Source: Escherichia phage vB_Eco_BCPEco_001. From it: DNA of 64,000 bases. The stretch lies in sequence record PV295200.1. One strand, given 5' to 3'. Below the pieces are notes generated by a model, which was not told where the DNA came from, did not search any database, and was given only the letters and a program-made list of their open reading frames with translations. Positions 38,471 to 48,705 of this stretch are shown here, one piece after another. The position numbers and the translations under genes are program-made. The first letter of the stretch is position 1. Each line of letters begins with the position of its first letter.

Positions 38471-40275
38471 TATGCAATCCTTATCCAACGGTATACAGTA
38501 ATAGACGGTTGAATATTACTAATATTAGTAGGAGGAGTATGTGAAGAGTTTGTTGTTGCGTAGTCTTCACGATATTTTGTATATATAGGACCAGTTTCGT
38601 CTGGGTCATATTGACATCCTCCAATAATAACTGATCCATTTTCGTCTTCAATTAAAACTCTTTCATCAGTTTTAGTCGCAGGAAGATTTGCGTTTTCAAG
38701 CGTTACTGATGTTGTACCAACTGTTCCACCGGCAGTATGTGAAGGATTTCCGCTAGAATCTAAATCATTATTGTTTAAAGCAAAGTTTGGATCCGTAACA
38801 TCATCATTCCATCCTACTAAAACTTGTCCTTTACCAAATAATTTCCATGAACCAAATCCCATATAAGTCACCGGATTATTTGGGTTTATAGCATTTTCAT
38901 AAATTGAACCAACAGGATAAATGCTGTCGAAAATAGATGATATTGAATTATATGTTCTAGTATAAGAATCAACTTTTTCAACATTTGGCCAACCGATTTT
39001 ATCAAAATCTGTTAAGGCTACATCCCCAGTAACTTCAGTAGATGATCCTTTACTAACATAACGGTCATCAGTTAATTCAATAATGTCATCTTTTTCTAAA
39101 AGAGTTCCTAAATCATTATTAAACCATGTTATAACGATTATATCACCTGATTCAAATTTTCTATCAAATAAAAGACTGACAGGTTTTCCATCTTCATATT
39201 CTATAGAATAATCTGTGTTCGATTCTTTCCATTCACCACCAAGAGATATACATCCTGCTTGCGTATCTGAGTTAGCACCTTCACACAAAAACAGAGGATA
39301 TCCTGCTGTTCCAGCTTGTTGTTGTAAAATTCCATTAAAACGAACTTCAAGAGAATTAGGATTAATAGGTTCTCCAGGAATTAATCCAAATGCAGAGAAT
39401 GGAATTGATTTCATTGTTGATAAATCAGTAACGTAAATACTTCCTTCTAAAGAAGTTTTTGACGTTAATTTTGAATCTAATACTTTTATTTGGCGTCTTG
39501 TATATGAACTTCTCCATTGTGATATACCATCCATAAATGTTTCAATTTGAACAGTGTCACCAATATTACAAGGCTGTCTTAACCTAATATTAAATCCATC
39601 AAGAGGAATCAATTCTCCTTCATTTTCCCCAGGAGAGCCAAAGTCACTGTTTTCACTAAATACATCGCCGTAATATAATTCATTACCACGGTGTTTTACT
39701 CGGATGTTATTAACATTATAGCTAGTTCCGCGGAAAACATCTAAAAAGTCTGTTTGTCCTTGAACTTCGACTAAAAATTCTTTACGTGCTACATTACTAA
39801 TATCTGAACTAATAATTTTGTCAATTTGTTTGTTTTTGACATATTCCCAGCGTCCTGGAGCACAATAAACTAACTCTAAATCGCTAAATTGAACATTAAT
39901 TTCAACTGATGACGATGATCCTTTAATAGTATCACCAGAAGCGGCTACTAGAGTAACTGGATTAACATTCCATGTTGCAAATACATCCCTAGCTTTAATT
40001 ACTTTATTATAATCATTAACGGTTCCTTTAGGAAGTTGTAGAGTTACTCTTCCAGATGAAGTGTTAATAGCATATGATTTTCCCCATTCTGCTGTTAATG
40101 TTTGTCCTGATGAAGCATTATAAGTTTTCCAGGCACCGGCTGAATATGGAACATCTCCATCACCAAGCTCGTAATAAAGTTCATCAAAGTTTTCATTTAT
40201 TTTTATACCACCTTTACGCAGGTAGTCACCGGTACCATCATCAACAACATTACCGATATTAATATTTTGTTTCAT
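38470..40275 (-). CDS. 10: baseplate wedge protein gp10
   Basis: 601 aa, size and synteny match T4 gp10. Confidence 0.9.
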   Translation of the reverse strand: MKQNINIGNVVDDGTGDYLRKGGIKINENFDELYYELGDGDVPYSAGAWKTYNASSGQTLTAEWGKSYAINTSSGRVTLQLPKGTVNDYNKVIKARDVFATWNVNPVTLVAASGDTIKGSSSSVEINVQFSDLELVYCAPGRWEYVKNKQIDKIISSDISNVARKEFLVEVQGQTDFLDVFRGTSYNVNNIRVKHRGNELYYGDVFSENSDFGSPGENEGELIPLDGFNIRLRQPCNIGDTVQIETFMDGISQWRSSYTRRQIKVLDSKLTSKTSLEGSIYVTDLSTMKSIPFSAFGLIPGEPINPNSLEVRFNGILQQQAGTAGYPLFLCEGANSDTQAGCISLGGEWKESNTDYSIEYEDGKPVSLLFDRKFESGDIIVITWFNNDLGTLLEKDDIIELTDDRYVSKGSSTEVTGDVALTDFDKIGWPNVEKVDSYTRTYNSISSIFDSIYPVGSIYENAINPNNPVTYMGFGSWKLFGKGQVLVGWNDDVTDPNFALNNNDLDSSGNPSHTAGGTVGTTSVTLENANLPATKTDERVLIEDENGSVIIGGCQYDPDETGPIYTKYREDYATTNSSHTPPTNISNIQPSITVYRWIRIA

Positions 40276-41141
40276 TATTGAGCCACCCCGATTTTCTGCG
40301 TAGCGATAACTTTAACTGCTGCTCTCATACCGACAGTTGAAGAACTTATAGTCGCTGTTACATAATTTGTTTTAATACTAAATGCAATATTAGCGATTTC
40401 GTCTTCTTCGGTTTCATTCCCAACTCGCATGACAGCATATTCAGAAGAAATGACCTCTGAATTAACATTATCCACAAGAATATTTATTTCTGCTGTTTTA
40501 ATTTTTCTTCCATCTATCGATTGGCACGTAACTAACAATTTAGCCATGTTATATTCAGTACGGTGAAATAGTGGAATGTCAACTGATCCAGATGTAGAAA
40601 TATTCCATGTACCTTCAGCTGGTGATTCCTTTTGTCCAAACATACTTTCAATAGAATAATTCCAAACAGATGTAGAATTATCAGATGAAATACATCGTAA
40701 AGTAACTTTACTATATGGGCTAGTTACTACCAAATTACCCGAAACGCCTTTGATTGAATCAATAGCCTGAATTGTTAAAGGATTAGTAACTGATATTGAT
40801 CCATTTGAGTTAATAAATTCAACACAGTCGCCAAGTTCGCCTTTTTCAATGATAACTTTAACACCTACAGTAGAGGTATCAATATCATGTCTAGTGCCAA
40901 CTTTTACTGGAGTTGCGTACTCTGCTATAGAGTGCTTTTGATAATATCCAGTAGCATGGATAATTTGGCCATTTGCTCCAGTGCCATTTGCTACTGCCAT
41001 TTTGCGCTGATCGCCAAACGCATTATAAATTGCGTTAAAATCACTATTAATTTTATTACCACCGTCGAATAAGATATCACCAGTAGAAGCGTTACCAATT
41101 TCGCCGGTATCAATCAATTTCTTTGGTTCTTGAATGAACAT
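40275..41141 (-). CDS. 9: baseplate wedge / long tail fiber socket gp9
   Basis: 288 aa, size identical to T4 gp9, late promoter upstream. Confidence 0.9.
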   Translation of the reverse strand: MFIQEPKKLIDTGEIGNASTGDILFDGGNKINSDFNAIYNAFGDQRKMAVANGTGANGQIIHATGYYQKHSIAEYATPVKVGTRHDIDTSTVGVKVIIEKGELGDCVEFINSNGSISVTNPLTIQAIDSIKGVSGNLVVTSPYSKVTLRCISSDNSTSVWNYSIESMFGQKESPAEGTWNISTSGSVDIPLFHRTEYNMAKLLVTCQSIDGRKIKTAEINILVDNVNSEVISSEYAVMRVGNETEEDEIANIAFSIKTNYVTATISSSTVGMRAAVKVIATQKIGVAQ

Positions 41142-41165
41142 AGCGGTTTCCTTATGAGTTTATAA

Positions 41166-41173
41166 TATTTATA
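41166..41173 (-). promoter_or_regulatory. late promoter TATAAATA (gene 9)
   Basis: Exact box on minus strand 25 bp upstream of gp9 ATG, just after gp8 terminator. Confidence 0.75.
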
Positions 41174-41183
41174 AAGAAAAAAA

Positions 41184-41201
41184 GGGAGCCCATGGGCTCC
41201 C
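41184..41201 (-). terminator. terminator after gene 8
   Basis: GGGAGCCC...GGGCTCCC hairpin followed by T-run on minus strand. Confidence 0.6.
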
Positions 41202-41206
41202 TTAAT

Positions 41207-42211
41207 TTAAAATGTAAACAGAATATTGATTTCTTCTGTTTGATCCATTGCCATAATAATAGGTGGCCTATTTTCCATATAAATCATTTCGCCCGAATGC
41301 CTCATTAAATCTTCTGGGTCATAATAATCCTTTTCAGCTTTAACGTTTGGGTCATTTGGATGAGCTTTAGCTTCAAGAGGATTCGTGATTATTGATATTT
41401 GTCTAAATCCTTTATTTCCTGGCAATGCAGCATCAGGAAAATAAACTGAATCTAAATATGCTTTAAAACGGATAGTATTTGCCTTAACCCGGTAAATTAA
41501 TCCAAAATCATCTTGCTGCCAAGTGAGATTATCTTCATATCCCCATCTAGTCGGGTCTTCTTTTAATTCCTCAGGCCAAGGAACCACAATATATTCATTC
41601 GTGCATCTATTTATAGATACATCGGGTGGAATCTCAAAAAGATATTCCCATACATACCCGTCCCCAGGTTCAATTGTTCCTTCAGCATCTCCTCGACCTT
41701 CAGGAGGAGTCATTGACCTAACAGAAGGTGTCCATTTTCCGCCTAATTTAAGGCATTCATCCTTATCAGTTAAAGATGCAATTGAACACATTCCAGTATC
41801 AGGAACATCTAAACAACGATATACTAACCAGCCTGCGCCTGATTCAGTAGCGTTGTAAGGAGCTGAGTTACACACTACAATATCGTTAATTCTAAATGTG
41901 TATGGATCCGGATATCTAGTATCTCCCCAATCTCGACGAGGAATAACTGCGTCAAGCATTGATGGAAGAACCTTTACTGTTCCCATCATATGCGTCCACA
42001 TGTCAGTTACGCCTAATACAGAATCAGTTGGATAAGGTGGAGCAAAGCCCACCTCATTTTCATTTGATGACCACGGTTCTGATCTTCCAAATGTGATAAA
42101 GATAGTGTTTTTATCCGGACCACTCCCAATTGAATTATAAAAATTCAACATTTTTTCTGTTCTAAATTTTGAAGTAACTATCGCACGATAGATAACACTT
42201 GAATCATTCAT
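41207..42211 (-). CDS. 8: baseplate wedge protein gp8
   Basis: 334 aa, size identical to T4 gp8, terminator hairpin downstream. Confidence 0.9.
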   Translation of the reverse strand: MNDSSVIYRAIVTSKFRTEKMLNFYNSIGSGPDKNTIFITFGRSEPWSSNENEVGFAPPYPTDSVLGVTDMWTHMMGTVKVLPSMLDAVIPRRDWGDTRYPDPYTFRINDIVVCNSAPYNATESGAGWLVYRCLDVPDTGMCSIASLTDKDECLKLGGKWTPSVRSMTPPEGRGDAEGTIEPGDGYVWEYLFEIPPDVSINRCTNEYIVVPWPEELKEDPTRWGYEDNLTWQQDDFGLIYRVKANTIRFKAYLDSVYFPDAALPGNKGFRQISIITNPLEAKAHPNDPNVKAEKDYYDPEDLMRHSGEMIYMENRPPIIMAMDQTEEINILFTF

Positions 42212-45200
42212 CTATTTTAACCTGTGTTGGATTTTCAGGGTCTCTTGGATTTCCTATATTGTCTTTTAGACGTTTATTAACTAAATCTCTAAATTGTGCA
42301 AATGTTGTTCCAGAAGCATCAAATAGAGGACTCATTAATTTACGTCGTTCAGACGGCAATTGACCTTGAAACATTGAATTATTATTTTCAGCATTATAGT
42401 CATCAGGAAGAGGATATTCTACACCAGCCATTGGGCCAGGTTCATAAATTGCTTCTCCTGTTACTGAATCATGTTCAATTTCGCCAGTTGGAGTTAATTT
42501 AGCTACTCTATCAGCATATTCAGTAGGCAATCCAGAATCCCATTTGTAGTTTTTGTATTTATTAATTATAGTCTCTGTGTGTTTAAGAGTTAAACCAACA
42601 TTAATAAACATCGTTAAAAGGGTAATTGCTATAAATCCAAATCCTACTGGATGAACAAAACGAATAACGTCAGATTTCCAGCGAGAAGAAGGTAAATTGG
42701 ATTTAATTTTCATTACATAATATGATCGGCTTCTATTAATATAGTCTATATTATTTTGAAGCAAATCCTTTCCTTTAACCCCACGAATAATTTCGCCTTC
42801 AAAACTAGGAAGTCTTTCTGCTTTAACTTCTTGACCAGCAATTAATCTTCCCAAAAGATTATGAATAGTTACGGTCCATTGCAATTTACCATTAGAATAA
42901 CTTCTTTCTATATAAGTAACATTACATCTTCCTGTGGATGTATAAATCGTTTGTCCTACTAAATCTTCAGTCAAAGAATCAGATTGAACGATTATGTCAT
43001 ATTCAGTACCAGCCCCAGATTCAATTTCAATTTCAACTTCTTCATTATAAAGAACTTTAAAAAGAAACTTGTATGATGCTTCAATTCCTTTAGTAGAATA
43101 AAAATCATAGCTACGTGATTCAAAAAATCTTGCAACAGCATCTCGCTTATCCGCGTTCAAATAAATGTTTCTTTTATATATCTCTGACCACAAATATTCC
43201 CATGCATGCTCTTCTCGTGGATACTGATTACGAATTAAATTTCGTAAATTGTTATACTGAGTTCCATATCCATCAGAAAGATACTGAATATATGCTTCGC
43301 AAAATGCCTCAAAATTCGAATCCTGCAACAAATAAGAATCAGGCATCATTGTGCCAATTAATGGTCTTAAATCAGGATCAGCTAATCCATGCTCTTCTTC
43401 TGGTGACCAAGGAGTCTCATGCTCTTGGTTTTGTAAAAATGCTTTTAAAAATACTCCAGTCGGCTTCCAAATAATTTCTACTGTATCTCTCACACGATAG
43501 TTAAAATCATAGTAAGAAATTATTTCACCAGAGGCTTTATAGAAAAGCATTCCTGATGCATATTTTTTAAATCCAGTGAATTTAACATTTGGCATTACTA
43601 TAGTGCAATCACCATCATCCCAGTATTCATGAACTAATCTATCTGGTGATGTTTCCGGAATATTTTCTATAACTTTAGTGTATTTTAAATCAGCATAAAC
43701 TACTACAGCTCTATCAGAATTGTTTATCCAACAGCGTGTGTTAGATTTTTTAGACCAGTTAAAGAACGGTTCTGCGTAGTATTTCATTGGTTGAGGAGTA
43801 AAAGTCTCCCAATCAGATTTTTCATCCGCTATAAATGCCATCATATGATAATGCTTATCAGCTAACCATTCACGAGGAAATTCATATTTAACAGCACCGA
43901 TTAACTGATATTTTGCTGCAGTTTCAGGGTCATTAACAATGTTATCACTTAAAAATTTAAAATTACTCGAAGATAGAGAAACTAATTTACCGTCAGTTGA
44001 CATATTCGCATATCCGGGTTGAATACGTCTTCTTTCTTCTTCGGTATTACCGAAAACTCTTTTCCATGTTTTTTCGTCATGATTTAAAACATATATTCCT
44101 TTATCAGCAGAATCAATTATTTTTGAAGTTCTCGGATTGGCATTTAATGTTTCAACTTCACCAATAATAAGAGCAAAAACTTTATCACCGATAGAATCCA
44201 TTTTATAGCATACTGCTTTAGGATTTCCAGTTATAGTCATTGTATCAGGTTCAAAAAGTCTTTCCGAATATGTTGGAGATAATGGATCAGAATCTATAGG
44301 TGCATTACTCGTTTTTATGTATCTAACTTTATCTCTGGCGACAACGTAAATGTAATCATCGGTGCAAGTAATAGCTTCTGCAATGCGGTATACATTCGCT
44401 GGTAAAGTCGCGTAAGTGGCAAAAATTTCTACATCAAACCCTAGATGCAATTGGTCACCAAGTTTAGCAAATGTTATATCATGCGAACTAAATCTGACAT
44501 CATCGGCTGACCATCTAACATCAGTAGATTTACGGCCGTAGAAAATCTTGTCGTATCCTAGAACGTATGTCGTGTTTGCAGATTGGTAATATACTGTCTT
44601 AGATAAAGGATATCCTACACGGTCATTGAAGAGCTTTACAGCTTTCCAGGTTTGTCCTTTATCATTAGATACTTTAACCACGGGTTGATAACGCTCAAAA
44701 AGATATAGAATCCCTTCTGATTCCATCAAATAAACTCGGTTAATATCCTTACATACTTGCTGAATGGAACCTTGTATTTCATGATACTCATTTTCACCAA
44801 TAATAAAATTACTGATTGATGAAACATCAACATATGATGGGCTGAATTGGAACGATTCATTCATCAATGCAGCCATTATAGTGTCATTATTAAAATTGAC
44901 ATAATTAGAATTGTTAAGAGTAAATTTTTCCTGAATGAATTTATTGGCTAATTGCATTTCAATCATGTTTTGAAATGTGTAAGCATTCGTAGCAAAAGTT
45001 TCAAACTCTTCCGTATAAACCCAATCAGATTGCTCAAAATCTTGTGCAGCTGTAGCTACTCTAATGATGTATGATGTTAGTGGATCAGCATCATCAAAAA
45101 AGAAACTATTGTTTGCTGTATATCCTAAATTAATCCAACGATATTGATCACTCGGGAGATTTTCCCCCGAGTCTGTTTTTGTCTCAGCGATTTCTACAAA

Positions 45201-45302
45201 ATAGTAGAAATTAGCACCAACGTCATCCCAGCGTACTTGCACCTGATTTGCGGATAACTTGGAAATTCTGAGACTAGTGACTGAAGGTGCTTTTACTGTC
45301 AT
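42204..45302 (-). CDS. 7: baseplate wedge protein gp7
   Basis: 1032 aa, size identical to T4 gp7. Confidence 0.9.
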   Translation of the reverse strand: MTVKAPSVTSLRISKLSANQVQVRWDDVGANFYYFVEIAETKTDSGENLPSDQYRWINLGYTANNSFFFDDADPLTSYIIRVATAAQDFEQSDWVYTEEFETFATNAYTFQNMIEMQLANKFIQEKFTLNNSNYVNFNNDTIMAALMNESFQFSPSYVDVSSISNFIIGENEYHEIQGSIQQVCKDINRVYLMESEGILYLFERYQPVVKVSNDKGQTWKAVKLFNDRVGYPLSKTVYYQSANTTYVLGYDKIFYGRKSTDVRWSADDVRFSSHDITFAKLGDQLHLGFDVEIFATYATLPANVYRIAEAITCTDDYIYVVARDKVRYIKTSNAPIDSDPLSPTYSERLFEPDTMTITGNPKAVCYKMDSIGDKVFALIIGEVETLNANPRTSKIIDSADKGIYVLNHDEKTWKRVFGNTEEERRRIQPGYANMSTDGKLVSLSSSNFKFLSDNIVNDPETAAKYQLIGAVKYEFPREWLADKHYHMMAFIADEKSDWETFTPQPMKYYAEPFFNWSKKSNTRCWINNSDRAVVVYADLKYTKVIENIPETSPDRLVHEYWDDGDCTIVMPNVKFTGFKKYASGMLFYKASGEIISYYDFNYRVRDTVEIIWKPTGVFLKAFLQNQEHETPWSPEEEHGLADPDLRPLIGTMMPDSYLLQDSNFEAFCEAYIQYLSDGYGTQYNNLRNLIRNQYPREEHAWEYLWSEIYKRNIYLNADKRDAVARFFESRSYDFYSTKGIEASYKFLFKVLYNEEVEIEIESGAGTEYDIIVQSDSLTEDLVGQTIYTSTGRCNVTYIERSYSNGKLQWTVTIHNLLGRLIAGQEVKAERLPSFEGEIIRGVKGKDLLQNNIDYINRSRSYYVMKIKSNLPSSRWKSDVIRFVHPVGFGFIAITLLTMFINVGLTLKHTETIINKYKNYKWDSGLPTEYADRVAKLTPTGEIEHDSVTGEAIYEPGPMAGVEYPLPDDYNAENNNSMFQGQLPSERRKLMSPLFDASGTTFAQFRDLVNKRLKDNIGNPRDPENPTQVKIDE

Positions 45303-47281
45303 TGTGATATAGGCTCCAAATCGATAGTTAAGTATTGCGGACGTAAATCATTTTCAAATACAATCAGTGAACCATCACGGGTAAAGATAACATCATCGGT
45401 TGGGTCAGAATATAATTCAATAGTCTGAACCTCAAATTTTTCAGATGTTAAATTAATTTTAGCGATATTCCAATAAATCATGTCAGTCGGATAATTTATT
45501 TCACCGATAACATAGTATTTGTCGCGTCCATCAGAATTTGCTAATTTATTAAAATCATTGCCTGTATATGGCTGAATGTTTTCATTTTCTGTAACATCGC
45601 CAGAAGCAAATGGACCAATAATAACTTTACCAATTCCTTTAGAATCTCGGTCTGTTGATACTATACGAACATCATATAATACATCTTCTTCTAAACCAGT
45701 ATCAGGATTTACAACCTTTCGTCCAGAATTAAATGAAAACGTATTAGATTCCATAGAACGATCTTTTATTTGATTATTATATTTAATACCCGCTTCAGGC
45801 GTTTTATAGAAGTTTTGTACTTCACGAACCATTTGAATAGTCGCTGATGAACCAATGACAGAATGATCTGCATCATCTACATATGTCAACATCTTAGATT
45901 TAGCGAAAGACGAGTTAAAAATTTCTACATCTTCGGTATAATAGCGATCAATTTTATCAATTATTTGACCTTCAAGCCACTGTTCGGATTCTTGCAGCTT
46001 ATTTAAAGCATATGTGACTTTTAAATTAGTCTTAATAAAAAGGTAATTAGGAGAAATAATTGATGGTGTAATAGGAGCTAAATTATAGTCTTTGAGATAA
46101 TTTTTAATATCTTCACGCTGTACGGTAGTTAAATACAGACCTGATTTAGGTTTAGCAGCAATAAATGCATACCCAGGTTTAGTAGAATCAGTGAAAGTTT
46201 GAACAGCTTGAATAATAGAACCAAATCTCTCTGAAACGAATGTATCATAGTCAGTCGCAGTTACGCATCGTTGCTGGGTTTCGCGTTTAATAGTACCCAA
46301 TTCGCGAATACGCTCAATATCTTCTGGATCACCGCCTCCATCTGCCCCAACAAAATCTGGGTCACCGTTTGGATTTTCATTAATATTGATGACAGTTATA
46401 TTTGTTAATGTGTCTGCGTATGAAAATCCGACTGCTCCGTTCGCGTCAGCACCATTAGTACTAATGTACTCAATAACAATCGTAGAGTTCTGAGTAGGTT
46501 TAAGACCTCCAATATAATTAGCAGTCAAAGCTCCTTCAGAAGCATTAACAGAAATTTCACCTTCACCAAAATAGAATTCAGTGTTTCCATCAATAGTTTC
46601 ACGCATATAGTAAATCGTTGATGTTGAACCAGCATGAACCATTGACTTTCTCGTCCAGTTAATCCATTCCGCTCCATCAACATATAATTTAACCTGGTTT
46701 CTATCAATATTTTTATCATAAATGATAATAGGTGTTAATTTATCATAAATGATTTCAGTTCTTACTATACGTCCCTGGGCCAATTTTAAACGTGGAAAAT
46801 ATTGGTTATTTTTATCACGAATAGCAATAACGTCTTCGGTAGAAACGAAGTTATATGGATTAACAGAAGTATCTTTTGCATATGCTAAAAAGCGAGTTCC
46901 GCGAGGAATTGTAATGTAATTCCTATTCAATGCGTCGGTGCATGTTAACATAATTTCGGTTTGCGCAGCGGATTTTGAAGTAGGTAAATATCCGTTATCT
47001 TGTGCAGCTTGAACAACTGAGCTTCGTAAGTTAGCAGTACGCATAAAGCTTTCATATACAGCAGCATTACCAAACTGCTGAATGTACAGCGTATTATAAG
47101 CCAAAAGGTCACACAGAACGTTTAATCTTGAGCCTTCAAAATCATAATCCAAAAATTCATTTTGGCCATTAAGCCATTCAATGAGGTTTTGTTTTATTTC
47201 AGCAAACGTACCCCCGACGAATATCTCGGGAATAGCATTTGCTGTTCTTGTTAATTGATAATTTACAGGGGTATTTGCCAT
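45299..47281 (-). CDS. 6: baseplate wedge protein gp6
   Basis: 660 aa, size identical to T4 gp6. Confidence 0.9.
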   Translation of the reverse strand: MANTPVNYQLTRTANAIPEIFVGGTFAEIKQNLIEWLNGQNEFLDYDFEGSRLNVLCDLLAYNTLYIQQFGNAAVYESFMRTANLRSSVVQAAQDNGYLPTSKSAAQTEIMLTCTDALNRNYITIPRGTRFLAYAKDTSVNPYNFVSTEDVIAIRDKNNQYFPRLKLAQGRIVRTEIIYDKLTPIIIYDKNIDRNQVKLYVDGAEWINWTRKSMVHAGSTSTIYYMRETIDGNTEFYFGEGEISVNASEGALTANYIGGLKPTQNSTIVIEYISTNGADANGAVGFSYADTLTNITVININENPNGDPDFVGADGGGDPEDIERIRELGTIKRETQQRCVTATDYDTFVSERFGSIIQAVQTFTDSTKPGYAFIAAKPKSGLYLTTVQREDIKNYLKDYNLAPITPSIISPNYLFIKTNLKVTYALNKLQESEQWLEGQIIDKIDRYYTEDVEIFNSSFAKSKMLTYVDDADHSVIGSSATIQMVREVQNFYKTPEAGIKYNNQIKDRSMESNTFSFNSGRKVVNPDTGLEEDVLYDVRIVSTDRDSKGIGKVIIGPFASGDVTENENIQPYTGNDFNKLANSDGRDKYYVIGEINYPTDMIYWNIAKINLTSEKFEVQTIELYSDPTDDVIFTRDGSLIVFENDLRPQYLTIDLEPISQ

Positions 47282-47289
47282 TTTAAATC

Positions 47290-47583
47290 CTATTTAATGA
47301 ATACTTTAGATGATGCCTGAGCCACAGTATCACCACATGATATTGGATCAGCCATTTGAACAGCTTTCTTTCCAGTGACATATACCTTAGAAGTTCTGGG
47401 TTGTGTCACTCCGCCATGTGTTTCATATGGCTTTTTAATTTCTGTATGTTCTGTAATTGGATCGCCTTCTACTAGAACAGCAATTCCTCCAGTGAATACT
47501 TTACTTTGCGTAGCATTCACAACTGTTGGAGGCCACGCTTCATGGCCAGCAGTAACACACTTATCATAACTCAATCCTGACAT
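47290..47583 (-). CDS. 5.4: PAAR-like baseplate spike tip gp5.4
   Basis: 97 aa, PAAR-type small beta protein, position between 5 block and 6. Confidence 0.85.
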   Translation of the reverse strand: MSGLSYDKCVTAGHEAWPPTVVNATQSKVFTGGIAVLVEGDPITEHTEIKKPYETHGGVTQPRTSKVYVTGKKAVQMADPISCGDTVAQASSKVFIK

Positions 47584-48167
47584 TTATAATACCCCGCTTT
47601 AACTCGCCCCTTTAAGGTACTATAATTTATATTAAGAGCTTTAGCTGCGATTTTAATACTTTTATATAAAACGCCGTTGATAATAACAGATTTAGCATTA
47701 GGGGCTATTTTGCCATACCTTGGGTTATTGGCGCCACACATCTTCAGAGTTTTACCTCTAGGCCCTCTAGGCCCTCTTTTTCTAGACGATTTAATGCTAA
47801 TTTTCAATCTAGTTTCACGCGAATGAGATTTACCGTAAAATCCATTTTTAGCACCCGCTGTGTTATGTTTTGGGAAGCCACCGATACCGCCTAGTTTCAT
47901 ATTATAAGTTTTCTTAGATTTAACAAATTCCTCTGTGACTATTTCTGCCTCTGCGTCATACATAGCTTTTTCAGATTCAAAGAATTTTATAATATGCTTA
48001 TAAAAATTATCTATGCCATATTTTTTAATGGCATTTTTAATGGCAACGCCAGAACCCATATACCCATCATCCAAATTTGAAGTTTTGTGGACGCCTACAT
48101 AAATTTTTCCTGTTGTTTTATTAGTTATTGAATACAAATAAAAATATTTATGGTCTTGCATAGGCAT
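47571..48167 (-). CDS. segC: GIY-YIG homing endonuclease, SegC-like
   Basis: N-terminal [20 protein letters not shown]...DGYMGSG motif; overlaps both flanking genes. Confidence 0.8.
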   Translation of the reverse strand: MPMQDHKYFYLYSITNKTTGKIYVGVHKTSNLDDGYMGSGVAIKNAIKKYGIDNFYKHIIKFFESEKAMYDAEAEIVTEEFVKSKKTYNMKLGGIGGFPKHNTAGAKNGFYGKSHSRETRLKISIKSSRKRGPRGPRGKTLKMCGANNPRYGKIAPNAKSVIINGVLYKSIKIAAKALNINYSTLKGRVKAGYYKCQD

Positions 48168-48705
48168 ATTCTCTCAATTTATTAGCCCAACGACTCCAAT
48201 TTCCAACTATAGTTTTTGTGTAATTTTTAACAAGAGTTTTTCTTATTGGAGCTGGAGGATCAGTTGGTTCAGTGGTATCAGAAGATGACCTAGAATTACT
48301 ACCAGAACCTCCAGATTCACTTTGTTCTTGGTAGTCATATATTAATGTTACTTCGTAAGTGAATGTCTTCTGGAGGTTCTGAGGAGCTTTCCATAAATAC
48401 AATTGGGTATTAGAATCAGTTGGAAGGTCTTCCCATGAAGCAGCAGTTTTAAATTCATTATCTAAACGATATTTCAACGCATCATTTCCAAATCCAAATA
48501 CAGATTCATACGTTCCATATAAACGATTTTCTTCTACTAAAACTCCAGGAGTTTCTTCGTAACTAGTTATATTTATAGATACTAACGTTTCACCTGTTTC
48601 TAATTGAGCGGTAAAGGTGACGTCGATAGAAGAACCTTCCATGGATTCTCCTAAATCAGCGCTCATTGGAAGTATATTAGCCAATGTCAATCCTCGATCC
48701 ATCAA
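48148..48705 (-). CDS. hypothetical protein downstream of gene 5 (5.1-like, 185 aa)
   Basis: ORF overlapping gp5 3' end; Ser/Gly-rich linker; position as T4 5.1. Confidence 0.55.
   Translation of the reverse strand: MMDRGLTLANILPMSADLGESMEGSSIDVTFTAQLETGETLVSINITSYEETPGVLVEENRLYGTYESVFGFGNDALKYRLDNEFKTAASWEDLPTDSNTQLYLWKAPQNLQKTFTYEVTLIYDYQEQSESGGSGSNSRSSSDTTEPTDPPAPIRKTLVKNYTKTIVGNWSRWANKLREYAYARP

Noticed and set aside
47579-47593. Possible late promoter TATAAATG at the gene 5.4 start
   Set aside because: The match is 7 of 8 and its final bases are the ATG of gp5.4 itself, so it cannot serve as a promoter for that gene; near-miss boxes at 32240 and 47290 were rejected for the same reason (not exact, wrong spacing).
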